This document shows, in pieces, positions 1 to 15,300 of a DNA stretch of 64,000 nt. Every line of letters starts with the position of its first letter. The stretch's first letter is position 1. The DNA lies in the NCBI GenBank assembly GCA_964016885.1, contig OZ024758.1, forward strand, positions 8,060,001-8,124,000, in the 5' to 3' direction. The notes beneath the pieces are model-generated. The model did not search any database. It had not been told where the DNA came from and was given only the letters and a program-made list of their open reading frames with translations. This stretch comes from Eledone cirrhosa (Eukaryota). The translations under genes and the position numbers were made by a program.

Positions 1-275
1 GGGGGTCTGGAAAATTAATAAATTTGTTCAATTTATTCAATAGATTTATTCAATACCTGAGAGTACTTCCTGTAGAAGAGAAAATGTAAAACATGTTCAA
101 AAAAACTTTAGACATGGAATTTATAAATTAAGACAATGACAAAGTAAAATCTCAAATAATATCTGAGATATGGTATTTTATAATTAGGGAAAGACTTTAT
201 GTTCATCCTGTATATTGTTCAACTATCTTTTGTACTATAGATTCTGACTATAATATATATTTTGTCTCCTCCTAG

Positions 276-365
276 TGTGAAGTTCTAGAATGCATGCTTA
301 TATCACTTGGTGATATTGCAGAATGTGATTCCAAAAAGTTCATTGAACTCTTCGACAAATTCAAG
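276..365 (+). CDS. NUP188: NUP188 exon a (90 nt, phase 0/0) [30 protein letters not shown]
   Basis: ctcctag| acceptor and AAG|gtaag donor; open frame. Confidence 0.88.
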
Positions 366-3300
366 GTAAGAAACTATTTGCTTTTCCCCCAATGTGTTTT
401 ATCAGAATACTTCAATGCCATGTGTAGGGGATATATGGTAGTAAATATTCTGATGATATAATCAAACTAGTTCTATACTGAAGGTGCAGGGCTTAGTGGT
501 TAGAGCTTGCAATCGGAAGGTTGTGAGTTCGATTCTCGGACAAGGTGATGCGTTGTGTCCTTAAGCAAGACACTTTATTTCACATTGCTCTGTAGAAATC
601 AGTTGCGACGTCACTGGTGCCAAGCTGTATCGGCCATAGCGTTTCCCTTGAACAACATCAGTGGCATGGAGAGGGTAGGTTGGTATGAATGGGTGACTGC
701 TGGTCTTCCACAAACAACCTTGCCCGGACTTGTGCCATGGAGGGAAACTTTTTAGGTACAAATACCATGGTCATTCGTGACCGAAAGGGGTCTTTTACCC
801 TTAGTTCTATACTTTTATATTTTCATGTATAATGTTTTATTCTATAGCTTTAACCCTTTAGTATTCACATTACTCTTATATTTTCATGGTAAAGGCTTTA
901 TCTCACATAATATCGAATCTATGAGATTTTGAAAGTATTTATTTTGAGAACAATACCTTAACATCAGTTTGAGTGACCAGTTTCAACAGAAAAAGGTAGA
1001 GAATTCTGGTCGGTTTTGGGCGGTTTGAACATTAAAGGGTTAAATTGCTATTTAACTCTTAACATCCTGTAATGATTTAGCAGAAAATATCTAAAAATAG
1101 GTTTGTTAATTCAAATGTTTGTATTATCTTTACTAGTCGACAGAATCTTTTTTAAATTTGCAGTGTTGGGGTAAAGACTTTAATTCTTAATGTGATGCAG
1201 TCATAGTGCAGTTTTGTACTCTTCAAGAATGTCTTGCTAACGTGGTTTAATACAGTCTATTAATTCAGATGTTTGTAGTATCTGTAATACTGCAAATTTC
1301 CACAACGATCTGACCACTGGTAGAGTGGTCAGATTGTTGTTTGATTTTCAATGTGATTTAGTCATATTGCTGTTTTGTACTTTTCCAGAATGTCTTGCTA
1401 ATGTTGTTTCATACAGTTTGTTAATCCAAATGTTTATAGTATCTTAAATACTGTAAATTTCCACAACAGTCTGACCACTAGTAGAGTAAAGACTCTATTT
1501 AAGAATGTCTTATAGAGTTTCATGCAGTTAGAGAAGGTTACATATTAATCTAGTGTTATACTTTGATCTGAACCACTGCAAATATATAAACAATAAAATA
1601 AATAATGAATAAATAAATCCATGAGCTTGGCTGGTCTCACTTGGAGATCCAGTTGGATCAATTGGAGATGTTTGCTTGTGACAGGACCCACTAGAAGGAG
1701 TGTTTGAGGTGACTTCTCCCATGACCCTCTCAAAAATAAGTCGGCAAAGATGAATAAATAATGAAATCATTATATATACCCTTTTTGTTGATTTGTATTA
1801 ATTAAACAAGAAATTATATTTATATCATTTTATATATGTTGATTAAATATAAATTTTTTTTTTTTTTAATTTAGAATCAAGGCTTTGGACAGTGGCAGAA
1901 ATTCTGCCATATACTTGATGTATCTTCAGAAAAATACCTTAAAAAAATTGAGTAAGTTATTTATTGCTCTCATGCACTCATACACACATATACACACTCA
2001 TGCACTCATACACATGTACAAACACATATACACACTCATACACACATATATACACACAAACACACACACACAAACACATACAAACACTTATACACACATA
2101 CATGCACCCAAACACACACAAATGCATACACACACTTTCTTCGTCTCTCTCCCCTCCTCCCTCCCTCTCTCACACCTTCATACATATGCAACAGGCTTCA
2201 TACCCTTTCCATCTATCAAATTCACTAACAAGGCATTAGTTAGACTGAAGCTATGGTAGAAAACACTTGCCCCCAGTAGTACCACACAGTGTGATCAAAT
2301 TCAAAAGTACATGCTGTCTGCATAGTTTAGAAATATTAACAGTTTTGTTTTGACAGAATTTGGAATCTCTAAGAATTATAAATAAGTTTATAAATAAATA
2401 AATGTATTTTCTAAAGACTAATAAATATATTAAAACTACTTAAAAGGTATTATCATAATACTTTTGTTTTCTTGTAGTGAAAGACATCATTTATTCTAAT
2501 GTCAGATCTTTCTGCTTGAATAGTCAAGTACATTTTACTAGACTTCAGCCTGCTAAAAGTTTTAGCTAAAAGTAGCTTGATTATTTTATTAATGTTATAT
2601 CTTCTGTTATATTAGAATCATTAATTCATGTTATCTAGATCAGTTGAAGCTAACATTCTTTCTCTTGTTTACACTCACTTGTTTATGAGGTTTGTAGATG
2701 GTTGTTGTCTGGAAGATGTCCATTCAATTTGAGGAAAATAGTGAGGTGGATCCAGGATATCAAGACTAGAAATTGGTGGTGGCATAACCACTATTAGTCA
2801 ATATATTGATTTATAATAATCAATCAACCCTCTGCAACAATCATAAAACAATGAACTAATTAAGCACCTATCTTTGTCTTTTGTTTTATTTTCATTGCTC
2901 AAAACACACAGGTATGTATGTATGTATGTATATATATATATATTTGTGTGTTTACACTCTACTAATGCATTGAGTACCTTACTTTGGTTACCCCTGATTG
3001 AACCCAGGACGGATATATATATTGTTATATTTGGGGAGGGTCATATTATTATAATATTGCCAGAAATAATAATAAAACACTTACTGTTTGGTTTGGATTA
3101 GTTTTCGCTTATGTATCATTTATGATTGACAAACGGTTAAAAATACAGATATAAATATAAATATATAGTCTATCAAAGTTCTTTCGTCACACATCTGCGA
3201 CATCATCAGTGGTACTATTATGTTTCCTCCTGTTGTATTGTAATGTCTACACCATTTTTATAAAAGATACAGAAGCGAAAACCAATCCAAACCAAACAGT

Positions 3301-6300
3301 GAGTGTGTTTTATTATTATTTCTGGCAATGAGGGTGGTGAATTGGCAGTATCGTTAGAGGTTTGGACGCCATGCTTTGACGCATTGAGTTACGGCCCTTG
3401 CCATTCTGAGTTCAAATCCCGCCGAGGTTAACTTTGCCTTTCATCCTTACGGGGTCGATAAAATAAAGTACGAGTAATACACTGGGATAATTGCTGGCCT
3501 TGTGCCTAACGTAGAAACAATTATTATTTCTGGCAATATTATAACAATATAACCCTCCCCAAATATAACAATATTTGTTTCAACACACGATTTCATATCA
3601 AAAATCTTGCAAATCAAATATATATATATATGGAGGCACATGGCTTAGTGGTTAGAGCATTGGCCTTGCAATCGAAAGGTTGTGAGTTCAATTCTCAGAC
3701 CGGGTGATGTGTTGTTTCCTTGAGCAAGACACTTTATTTCACATTGCTCCAGTTTACTCAGCTGTAGAAATGAGATGATAGGGACTGGGGTCCATATCAT
3801 TCCACTGCAAAGTGGTCGTGGAGGTGCCACGGAATAAAAGCACCCAGCACTCACTGTAAATGAGGTTGGTGTTAGGAAGGGCATCCAGCTGTAGAAATCA
3901 AGCCAGAATCAGTTCCCGTCCCACCCTTGCAAGCAGGGAAAAGCGGACGTAAAATGATGATGGTGATATGTATATGTGTATGTGTGTGTGTGTGTGTGTC
4001 TATAATGACCTCGATTAGAATCTTCGATAGAACCTTATACAATGACAATCCACTACAAAAACTTTAGCTCTCACTGCATGATTTTGTTGGAATTATCTCT
4101 TCAAGACTCCATGGAGTTCTGTGTTATTGGCCCTGTCATAAACAGGTGGATAGCAGTACATTATCTCAGTAAAATGTTTATCAAATGTTTATGTATGTAA
4201 GCCCAACCCATAACTTATCTTAAATATGATATATACTGTTGACATTTGTAGAACTGTAAGGTTTTACAGGATGTAGTGTTTATGGGGACACACATATATA
4301 TATATATATATATACACACAACTGTCACTAATGTCAATAGGTGTTTGCAATGTCTGGTATATACACAGATACATCACATATACATACATCACTCATGTAC
4401 ACACTCACATACACATGCATGCATAAATACGTACACAGTGAGAGAAAGCATGTTTGCTGCAATCTAGTAGCCTGATACAGCCTCAGACCATGTGACCTGG
4501 CAACACACCAATCATTGGTCTGTTTCCTCCTTTTACAATGCATGCGAGGTTGATCCAGAGGATAAAAGGAGTTGGTTCCTGAAAGACACAGCAATACCGA
4601 ACCCAATCTGACTGGCGCGTGTTCATATTGTCTTATGTACTTGCTGAAATAATTAAAAGCAACCATGTTTCGTTGGATGTGGATTGTAAATGTGGGAGAA
4701 AGGCAGAGGTTGGATGAACTGAGGGAGAAACTGGGTTTAAGAGGAATCTGAAGTGATGTACAGGAGAGAAGACTGCATTGGAATGGAGATGTGATGCACA
4801 TGGATGATGATCGCTAGGTGAAGAAGTGCCAGGAAATCCTAGTGGAAGGAAGCTGAAGTAGAGGTAGACCAAGAAAGACCTGGGCAGAGGTGGTGCGAGC
4901 TGACCTCAAATTGCTGAGACTCACAGAGGAGATGACAGTTGACAAATGAATGTGGTGAGTGAAGAGATGCTGTGTTGAAAAGAACCTGTCCAACCCATGT
5001 ATGAGAGAAAAACAGACATAAAAATGATGATGATGATGATGATGATGATTAGTCATTAGCTGTTATTGTCTTTTCTTCAACACAAATATATCTAATTATC
5101 TTTTTTTTAATACTTAGTACATTAAATTTAACACTATCAATTTCTACACCATTGGTTTGTTCTACTATATGTTATGAAGAATTGAGAAACATGAAAATAT
5201 TAGTTTTTTTTTAGTCATCGACCATCTACTTTACATAGATATTTCTATTTTGACCTTTACTTTCTAGAGAGTTGAATATGTTTTTCCAAGTCATAAAAAT
5301 AAGCATACTTCAGCTACTTTCCTTCAGCTGGGAGGCTTTTGTCTAATATATGTAACCATGGAGAACAGATGTCAGAAAGAAATGGTGTATGATCATTGCC
5401 AGAGTAAAATATACAAAACATGATTAAAAATGTTCTTTCTCTTTTACTTTTTTCTCTTTTTTCTTCAATGTATTGCCCTTAGAAATTGTGTTTTCTTTAT
5501 ATTCTTTTAAAGTCATGTTTGTAATCTATTATTTGAATAAACCACAGAAAAAAAAGTTTTTCTCTCTTCAGCTCTTTAATTTAATTTTTTTTTATTTTTA
5601 TTTTTTACAAGGCACTTACAAATTATCATGATTCTGAAGATCCTTGATTTTGACTTAATTCAGCTGTGTGCCAAAAATAACAGGTAATGTTGATTCAGTA
5701 TTGTTTCCATTCTGATAGGAGATTTTTGTATATTGGAATCTAATAATATACTTAGCTTTCTTAACCCAATCATTACCATATTTCTAATAAGAGACACTGC
5801 CTACTATTTTTAAATTGTTTTGAAAATAATGAAGATTTTGTGGGGATTTACTAATACAACTAACTTTATCATTATTAAGCTGGCATTTGGAGCATAGCTT
5901 AAAGGTTCTTACATAAAATTATGGTCGAAGGTTTTCAAATAAACATAAACACTTTAGAATAAATTCTCTCTTGCTCCACATTCATCACACCCATATCTCT
6001 CTCTCACCCCCCCCCCCCTCCCTATCCCTCTCTTGCACACACACCCCACTCTCTCTCCCTCCCTCTCTTACACCCCCCTCTCTCTCTCTCCACCTCCCTT
6101 CCTAAACTATTGTTTGCAGTTTTATTAAACTTAGCAAGACAGATTACTACTACTACTAGTTATTATAATAATAATAATTGTTTCTACTTTTGGCACAAAG
6201 CCAACAGTTATTCCAGTACATTACTGGTACTTTATTTTATCGACCCCGTAAGGATGAAAGGCAAAGTTGATCATTTAACATCCTTTTCTCTGCTAACGAG

Positions 6301-9300
6301 GGTTGGACAGTATCATCATCATGCTCCTGCAACTGATGTACTCAGTCGTTGGGGTGCCACTCTAGATGTGCCACTGGTGCAGCCAGTCAATAGGGGTGGC
6401 ACTCTACACACTTTTCCAGTCAGTCATCGCTACTGGTCTCTATTCTGCGTCATGCATAGAAGGGTTTCAGTGTTATGACCAGTCCAGTCATTGATGTTGT
6501 TAGACCAAGATTTTCTTTGTCTGCTTTTTCTTCACCCTCCCTCGACTCTGCCCTGAAGAATGGTTTTAAACAAGGAGTTGTGGCGTGATATATGACCCTA
6601 CCAGGCAAGCTTCCGCCTTTTCACCATCGCAAGAAGTGGTTCCTATCTACCAGCATATATGTTAACTTGCTGCCTGACAAAGCTGTTTATTTTGTGCTCT
6701 GTGTATGGGATGTGTAGCAACCTTTTGAAGCACCTGCTTCTTCATACAACTGGATTCTTCGTTCTATATCAGCTGTGCAAGTCAAATATATTTGCCAGTT
6801 TTTCTCTGAACTATAAAGTCACACAGACTCCATTGTTATATATAGTAAATAATATTTTTAGTTGATAATCAATAACTTAACAATAATTCTTTACCACACA
6901 AGATATTACATTCCATTTCCTACTGTAGGGCAACTATTATTATTTTTTCTAATGACTATTCCCCTGTAACATTATTTCAATTATTCAAACATTTTCATGG
7001 CTGTTATTCATAATTTTTTCATATTTTTTTACAGCTTTGATCTGCATCCCTTATTAAAAGATAGTGAAGACTTCAAAGTATGTATTAAATTGCATTTATA
7101 ACTTCTTTAGTAACAAATAATAGACTTAAAATATCATAGATTGTTTTATATAGTTGTTATTTCTATAGTTTCTTTTCGTTTGTCTTTTCGTCTTTTATGT
7201 ATTTTGAAACAACAGTTTCTTTCTAGGTTCAGTTTTATTTCATGTGTTTCTTTTTACTTTCAAGAAATACAATTGTTCAAGAAATCAATTGTTTACATTG
7301 TAATAATATTCTGTAAGAATATAAATTATTGTCTTTCAGCTTATATAGAGGTTGAGCGTATATTATAACAAAAATCATAAACATTTGAGTCTATCTTTTA
7401 ATATTTTGATATGTGATCTCTTGGCTCATGGTATTTTAACTTATATCCAAATATATCCATCTCATTGACCCTCTCTGGATTGACAGTGCCGGTAGAGCAG
7501 CAGACAACATGCTTTGTGGCATAGAGTTATGCTCCTTTACGATCTGAGTTCAAATCTCGCCAAGGTTAGCTTTGCCTTTCATCCTTACAGGGTTCATAAA
7601 ATAAAGTACCAGTAATGCACTCTGGGTTGATTCAATCGACTTTCCCCTCCCCCAGAATTGATGGTCTTGTGCCTAAGTCAGAAACCATAATTAACCCTCT
7701 CTGTATTGGCAGTATCGGTAGAGCATTGGATAACATGCTTTGTGGGATATAGTTACATCCCTTTGTGTTCTGAGTTCAAATCCTGCCACAGTTAGCTTTG
7801 CCTTTCATCTTTAAGGGGTTGATGAAATAAAGGACCAGTAATGTACTCTGGGTGAATTAATCATCTTCCTCTCCCATCCAAAACTGATGGTCTTGTGCCG
7901 AAGTCAGAAACCATTATCAACCTTCTCTTTACCACATTTCTAATGAAATACACTTTATGTTTCAATTAATTTTGAAAATAATCAAGTATTTGGAGGTATT
8001 AACTAATATAACAAATTTTCTTATTATTAAACTGAACTTTGGAGCATAAATTATAATAGAATGTTTTTAGATAAATATAAACATTTTAAAACAAACAATT
8101 TTGTAATGTAGAATACTGGGCAATTTGGTATCAAATTGGTTAAAATTTTAGTTAAAATATTTGTAATGAAAGACTGCTTGTGATTTTCAATTAATTTTGA
8201 AAATAATTAAAAAAAATTGCGAGATTTAGTAAAATATATATATTTCTTTCATTTTTAAGCTTGTGTTTGAAGCATAGCTTAATAAAATTATGATGGAAAG
8301 TTTAGTTCTAAATATGAACACTTTCAAATGAATAGCTCTGTATCAGAACCAAGGGTGGTTTTAGGTGTCTTAATATCAAAATAATTCAGGTTCTTATCTC
8401 TGGATGAACATCAGACATGAGTTCCAGAATCAACAGAGATGATTCAAATTAATAATTAGTAATTAATAACTGATGTTTGAAGCAATAATTAACAAAACGT
8501 TCAAAAGTAAAATTATGTTGGAAGGTTTTAATTTAAATATGATTATTTTTAAAAAGGGCAGTTTTGTATTATAGAATAAGGGACAGATTCAGGTTTGTTG
8601 GTATCAAAAGGGTTATGAGTATCACAAGATCCATAAGTGACATGATGACTTGAAATGTCACCTTTCTTTTTTTCTTTGGCATGAATATAAGCTGACCAGC
8701 CGCAGGTGTGAGCCTCGCGAGATGGAATGGCTTTTCCAGCGCATCCCCCTTACCATCCTCTAGGGAAACGCCTTCTCCATTCTCTTCCAAATTTTAGAGG
8801 AAGAATATAATTGATTATATTGGCCCCAGCATTTAACTTCTTCTTTGCTATTGCTTGAGGGGACTGAGGTCATCCTACGTTAGCGACCCCAGAAGCATCA
8901 TCATGTGTAGAGCTGACCAAGTCCACCAGTACCCTCCAGCACTGGCAGTCCAGAACCAGACCCTCTGCATCCTCCGAGGTGATGTCAAGCTTCTGGAGAA
9001 TCTTCCTTAATCACATCCAGCCATCTGGTGTTTAGCCTGCCACTGGGACCTCTTCCAACCACGGCTGCTGTGTCAAACGAGAGCAAGGTCCTGGACCTGG
9101 TAGCCAGCAACCCACCCAGAAGAACCCTCAACTTGTTACTACACCAGAATTTAACTGGTATATTATTTTATTATGGAAGGGTGAAAAAGCAAAGCAGACC
9201 CTGACCCAATTTGAACTCTGAAGAGCTAAATACTGCAAGGTATTCTTTTCCAACGCGAAGAATTCAGCTAATCCACTTTTGTCTTTCAAATATTGCAAAG

Positions 9301-10250
9301 AAATATGGAACATTATTCCAAACTCGGTATTATTCCAATTATTCCAACACAAAGGATTCTCTACATAGTATTTATTCTCTGCATGATATTTATTCTTTGA
9401 TAAAATTCGATAATCAAAGATATATCTTCTGTAATCTTCTAACTCGAAAGTAACATCAGATTAACAGGATTACAGATTGTTATTGGTATCCCTAAGGATT
9501 TTGTTTCTCATAAGATTGCAAAAACATCTGATTCAATAACTGATTACTTCCAACTTCTGATATTCAAATTGTAGATCCTTGTGAAGGCGCATGGCTTAGT
9601 GGTTAGAGCATTGGGCTTGCAAACGTAAGGTTGTGAGTTTGATTCTCGGACCGGGTGATGCGTTGTGTCCTTGAGCAAGACACTTTATTTCACGTTGCTC
9701 CAGTTTACTCAGCTGTAGAAATGAGTTGCGACGTCACTGGTGTCAAGCTGTATCTGCCATTGACTTTCCCTTGGACAACATCAGTGACATGGAGAGGGGA
9801 CACTGGTGTACATGGGTGACTGCTGGTCTTCCTCAAACAACCTTGCCCAGACTTGTGCCTTGGAGGGAAACTTTCTAGGTGCAAATACCATGGTTATTCA
9901 TGACCGAAGGGGGTCTTCTCAAAGAAAATCTATCTAGCATTGATTGTGGATTGGCAGTATCGGTAGAGGGTCGGATGCCATGCTTTCCAGCATAGTTACG
10001 TCACTTTACGATCTGAGTTCAAATCCCGCCGAGGTTGACTTTGCCTTTCATCCTTACAGGGTCGATAAAATAAAGTACCAGTAATGCACTGGGTAATTGC
10101 TGGCCTTGTGCCTAAAGTAGAGACAATTATTAAACAGGAGATAAAAAAATAAGTCCCTTAGGGCCCAATCTTTTTTAATTGTTTTTATATGAAGCCATCT
10201 GAAATCAACTTGATTCTGTCACAAAAGCTGTTTACTTTAAAGTGTTTATA

Positions 10251-10285
<35 letters not shown>

Positions 10286-11867
10286 TCATCATCATCGTTT
10301 AACGTCCATCTTCCACGCTAGCATATATATATATACATACACACCTTCTATCGTAATTTTATGTACGAGGGTTGCCTTAAAAGTTCCAGTTTAAATGCTA
10401 AAAGGGTTAAAGTTTCTCTACAGAGGTTATTAATGTGTGTGTGAGTGTATGTTTGCATGTGTGTGAGTGTATGTTTGCATGTGTGTGAGTGTATGTTTGC
10501 ATGTGTGTGAGTGTATGTTTGCATGTGTGTGCTTGACAAAGTTACTTTCAATTAGTGACAGTTTTACTTAGAAATTAATTTTTCTTTTCTAATATTTTAT
10601 TATAGAAATGTTAAACACATGTAGACTCACAATAGATTTTAACTATAATCCTTATTATTTCCTACATGGAACAATTTCATCTTGTTACAGCCTCTCTCAC
10701 ATGTGGGATCACAATAAATTTTAAGTATAACCCTTATTTACTACATGGAACCATTTCATCATATTACAGCCTCTCTCACATGTGGGATCACAATAAATTT
10801 TAAGTAACACCCATATTATTTCCTACATGGAGCCATTTCATCATGTTACAGCCTCTCTCACATGTCGGCTCACAAATGTTAAGTAAAACCCATATTATTT
10901 CCTACATTGAGCCATTCCATCATGTTACAGCCTCTCTCACATGAAGCTTAATTATCTAAGTGTCACTAGAACATTCATAAATATTTCCATTTAATTTAAA
11001 CTAAATTTTGTCCAATATTCCAATATCTCTCATATACATGTGTCTTACAGTTGGTATTGATAGTCTCATCCTTTCAACTTCCAAAACCAATTTCTATTTC
11101 TTCAACAATAAACAATTCTACTCTTTCATTCATTATTCTTTCATTTTCACTTGTATTTCGTTGGTTTCTAAAGTTCCTTTTTTATGTATTCCCCCTTATT
11201 TCCAATGTGCATCTCCTACTTCCTACTCTATCTCTTCTTTAGATCTCTTTTCATGTGTAAGCTAATGAGGTTCTGTCTTTAATCTCTACACTATGCCATT
11301 TGTTGTCCTAATAATTTCTAATGTATAAACAAAATATATTTGTTATTGTTTAATTTAGTTTCTGTAAGAATCTATTTTTGCCAATTTCTGTAAAGTGAGT
11401 CAGAGGTGACTAAAGAAATTGCGAAATACAAATGCGAGAAAGATGCATAAATTAATACAGGCTGTATTCATAATCAACCCTTTTGTGTTCTTATAAAACT
11501 TAACTTTAATGAAAAATCTCGGCTGGGTGATTTTTATTGTGTCTAAATCATAATTGTTGACTTTTCGTCTTTTTTCAAGATATAATTTGGTTCAGTAGAA
11601 ATGGAGCAATGATGTTATTGATCATAAGATTACTTGTTATAAGTTCACCCAAAGATCAAAGATAATACTTGAATTGGTTGTTTTTCCTATATTTATTGCT
11701 GTAAACTTGTATTGGAAAGTTTTCCAAGAAGGAATCAATGAATTTCATGTCCATTCTCTAATATAGTTGTGTGTGTCTGTGTGTGTATATTACATACGTA
11801 GATCTCTCTCTATTTTATATCTACTTATGTGTTTACTTAATGTGTGTGTCTGTGTGTGTATTTGTAG

Positions 11868-11940
<73 letters not shown>

Positions 11941-12310
11941 TATGTGTGCGTGTGTTCACATAACGTGTGTCTGTATATTACATACATAGTCTTTATATCT
12001 TATATCTTCTTATGTATTTACTTAACATGTGTATCTGTGTGTATATCACATACACAGTCTCTCTCTCTCTATGTTATATCTTCTTGTGTATATCACATAC
12101 AGATCTCTCTCTCCCCCCCTACCCCCCTACCTCACCCCCACCCCACCCCTCTCCCCCTCCCTCTCTCTCTCTTATGAGTCATATCATTCCTTACAATTTT
12201 CATAATATTTCCGTATCTCATCTCCCTTACCTTTTACATTCACACTAATATTTTCAATTCTTGAACATCTCTATCTACATATCTCTAGTGACCATTACAC
12301 ACGCATGCAC

Positions 12311-12346
<36 letters not shown>

Positions 12347-15300
12347 TTTCACTCACACTCACACAATCACTTACACACACACTTGCAAACACTCACACAC
12401 ACATTCAGTCGCACACAATCACTTACACACTCACACAATCACTTACACACATACTTGCAAACACTCACACACACACACACAATCACTTACACACACACAC
12501 ATTCACTCACATGCTCATTCACTCACACACATTCACTCACACATTCATACACAACACGCACACACATACAGACACTCATTCACACACACGTACACATGCT
12601 CCAGTTGTCATTCAAATGCATCTGTTTCTATTTTTCTTCATATAGATTCTCGACAAATCTTTTCGAAGTTTATCTGGCTCTTCAACTCATGGACCTCTTC
12701 TTCTTGGTTGGACTGTCACTAGGAGTTGTTATAACATGGAACGAGAAGATGAGCGTATCATACGTAAACTTGGATCACAAGCCCTCCAACTGAAGTCTTT
12801 GAATTATATCAGTACCATGCTAGAAGGACCATATTTTTCCAGTGACAATGTAAGCTTGCATATAATTTACTGCATGTCTCCTCAAACAGATAAAAGTTGT
12901 TCAACCAAAAATTAAATTGCTGTCCAAATTTCCATTTATATTTGTAATACTTATAGATAGATTTCTATAACTTTGTTTGACATTTGTTTACAGAGTGTAC
13001 TGGGTGCTTTTTGTCATAACACTAACACAACCACTTTACAGTGTGGACAGGGCACTTTTTATCCTGACACCTACACAACCAATTTACCATGTGGAAAGTG
13101 CCCAATACACACGGTAAATTGGTTGTGTAGGTGTCAGGACAAAAAGTGCCCAGTCCACATGATAAATTGGTTGTGTAGGTGTCATGACAAAAAGTGCCCA
13201 GTCTACACAGTAAATTGGTTGTGTAGGTGTCAGGACAAAAAGTGCCCAGTCCACATGATAAATTGGTTGTGTAGGTGTCATGACAAAAAGTGCCCAGTCC
13301 ACACAGTAAATTAGTTGTCTAGGTGTCAGGACAAAAAGTGCCCAGTCCACACAGTAAATTAGTTGTGTAAGTGTCAGGACAAAAAGTGCCCAGTCTACAC
13401 TGTAAATTGGTTGTGTAGGTGTCAGGACAAAAAGTGCCCAGTCCACATGATAAATTGGTTGTGTAGGTGTCAGGACAAAAAGTGCCCAGTCCACACAGTA
13501 AATTAGTTGTGTAAGTGTCAGGACAAAAAGTGCCCAGTCCACACTGTAAATTAGTTGTCTAGGTGTCAGGACAAAAAGTGCCCACTCCACATGATAAATT
13601 GGTTGTGTAGGTGTCAGGACAAAAAGTGCCCAGTCCACACAGTAAAGTAGTTGTCTAGGTGTCAGGACAAAAAGTGCCCAGTCCACACAGTAAATTAGTT
13701 GTCTAGGTGTCAGGACAAAAAGTGCCCAGTCCACACAGTAAATTGTGGTAGTGTTATGACAAAAAGCACCTAGTACACACTGTAAATGTGGTTGGCGTTA
13801 GGAAGGGCACCCAGCCATAGAAACCAAGCCAGAAACAGTTCTGTATGAACAAGACAGTCATTAGACCAGGTTTAACTCACAACAGGACAACTCGTCTAAC
13901 CCATGCTAGTGTGGAAAAATAAACATTAAATAGAATGATGGTGATGATATATTTTGTTATTCCAATTTCATTAATTTTGTCAAACTTATCTTTACAGCAA
14001 ATAACAATTTATTTTGTATTTTTCTTTTCTAAAGTTTAAATGGGAATTGAACTCAGTAACAAATCAATTTTCAGTTGTACATTTCTGAAGGAGTTTCCAT
14101 CATATGATTGTTATATCCTAAGGCAAAGTCACCTTAAATTCTAATCTAAATTACCTACCTGAAAACTACATATCATTTCCACTCTTATATTTGTAAAGTT
14201 AGCTATTTAAAACTTCTCTTAAATTGAAATTTGCTCATGCATCCAATTTCTACCAATCTAAAAAACTGATTGAAAATCTTTTTACAATGCTTGCACTCTA
14301 TCTTTTTGTTTTATATTTTTTAATAAATTCTCAATATTTTTATTGAAGAAAATATCTTTTATTATGGAACATTTTCTAAAGGAAGAAAATGGAAATAATA
14401 TTGAAATAATGAAGTAGAATATTGGTATAATGAATTAGATCTTTCTAATTTAAACTTTGGCTAATTTGTGTTAGTAATCTCACCCAGTCAGTGACAACTG
14501 TTAAAATAAAGAGTAGGCTTGTTTGTACAGTTGAAACAGAAGCTGTATTAAAAATATTATGTAGTTAACAGTTCATGACTTGGCTGGTCTCACTTGGTTT
14601 GTTGGTTCAAATGTTTGTAGCATGTTTATTAATGGGCAGATCTTTGTTAAAATGTGCAGTATTAGACTAAAGACTTTGGTTTTCAATGTGATGCAGTCAT
14701 AGTGCAGTTTTATACTCTTCAAGAATTTTTTGCTAATGGGGTTTCGTACAGTCTAATAATCCAAATGTTTATAGTATCTTAAATACTGCAAATTTCCTCA
14801 ACTGTCAAACCACTGGTATAGTGAAGACTTTGGTTTTCAATGTGAAGCAGTCATTGTGTTTTTTTCTATTTTTCAAGAATGTCTTACAGGGTTTCATGCA
14901 GAAGGTTAAATATTAATCTAGTGTTATACTTTGATCTGAACCTCTGCAAATAAATAAACAAAAACATAAATAATGAATAAATAAATCCATGAGCTTCGCT
15001 GGTCTCACTTGGAGATCCAGATGGATTAATTGGAGATGTTTGCTTGTGACAGGACCCACTGGTCTCTTCTCCCATGACCCTCTCAAGAATAAGTGGGTGA
15101 AGAAGTTCTGAGATATACAATCTAGACTGGAGCTTACAGTCTGCTGTTTCCCCCCCCCCCCTTCCTCCTCCTAGACTGGAGCTTACAGTCTGCTGTTCCC
15201 CCTCCCTAGACTGGAGCTTACAGTCTGCTGTTCCCCCTCCCTAGACTGGAGCTTACAGTCTGCTGTTTCCCCCCCCCCTCCTCCTCCTCCTCCTAGACTG

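Larger units (their letters stand above)
3019..3620. mobile_element. Fold-back hammerhead-bearing element, copy A (Penelope-like, non-autonomous), interrupted by a Meta-SINE
   Basis: Outer inverted arms ATATTGTTATATTTGGGGAGGG (3019-40) and CCCTCCCCAAATATAACAATAT (3553-74) extend inward for about 100 nt; tail TGTTTCAACACACG; flanked by (TA)n; homologous to 47744-48163. Confidence 0.7.

Noticed and set aside
1615-1740. Intronic snoRNA in the duplicated GC-richer block
   Set aside because: I could not identify convincing C/D boxes or an H/ACA two-hairpin layout by eye.
9583-9660. Possible tRNA gene (also the other GGCTTAGTGGTTAGAGC copies)
   Set aside because: These are SINE heads that continue into CORE and tail sequence; no complete cloverleaf or Pol III terminator.
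12261-12645. His/Thr-rich ORFs (also 1885-2259)
   Set aside because: (CA)n-rich repeats; the real exons nearby are in other frames with proper splice sites.
13084-13734. 216-aa ORF and the Cys-rich plus-strand ORF (metallothionein-like look)
   Set aside because: Translations of the 48-bp retroposon-derived tandem array.
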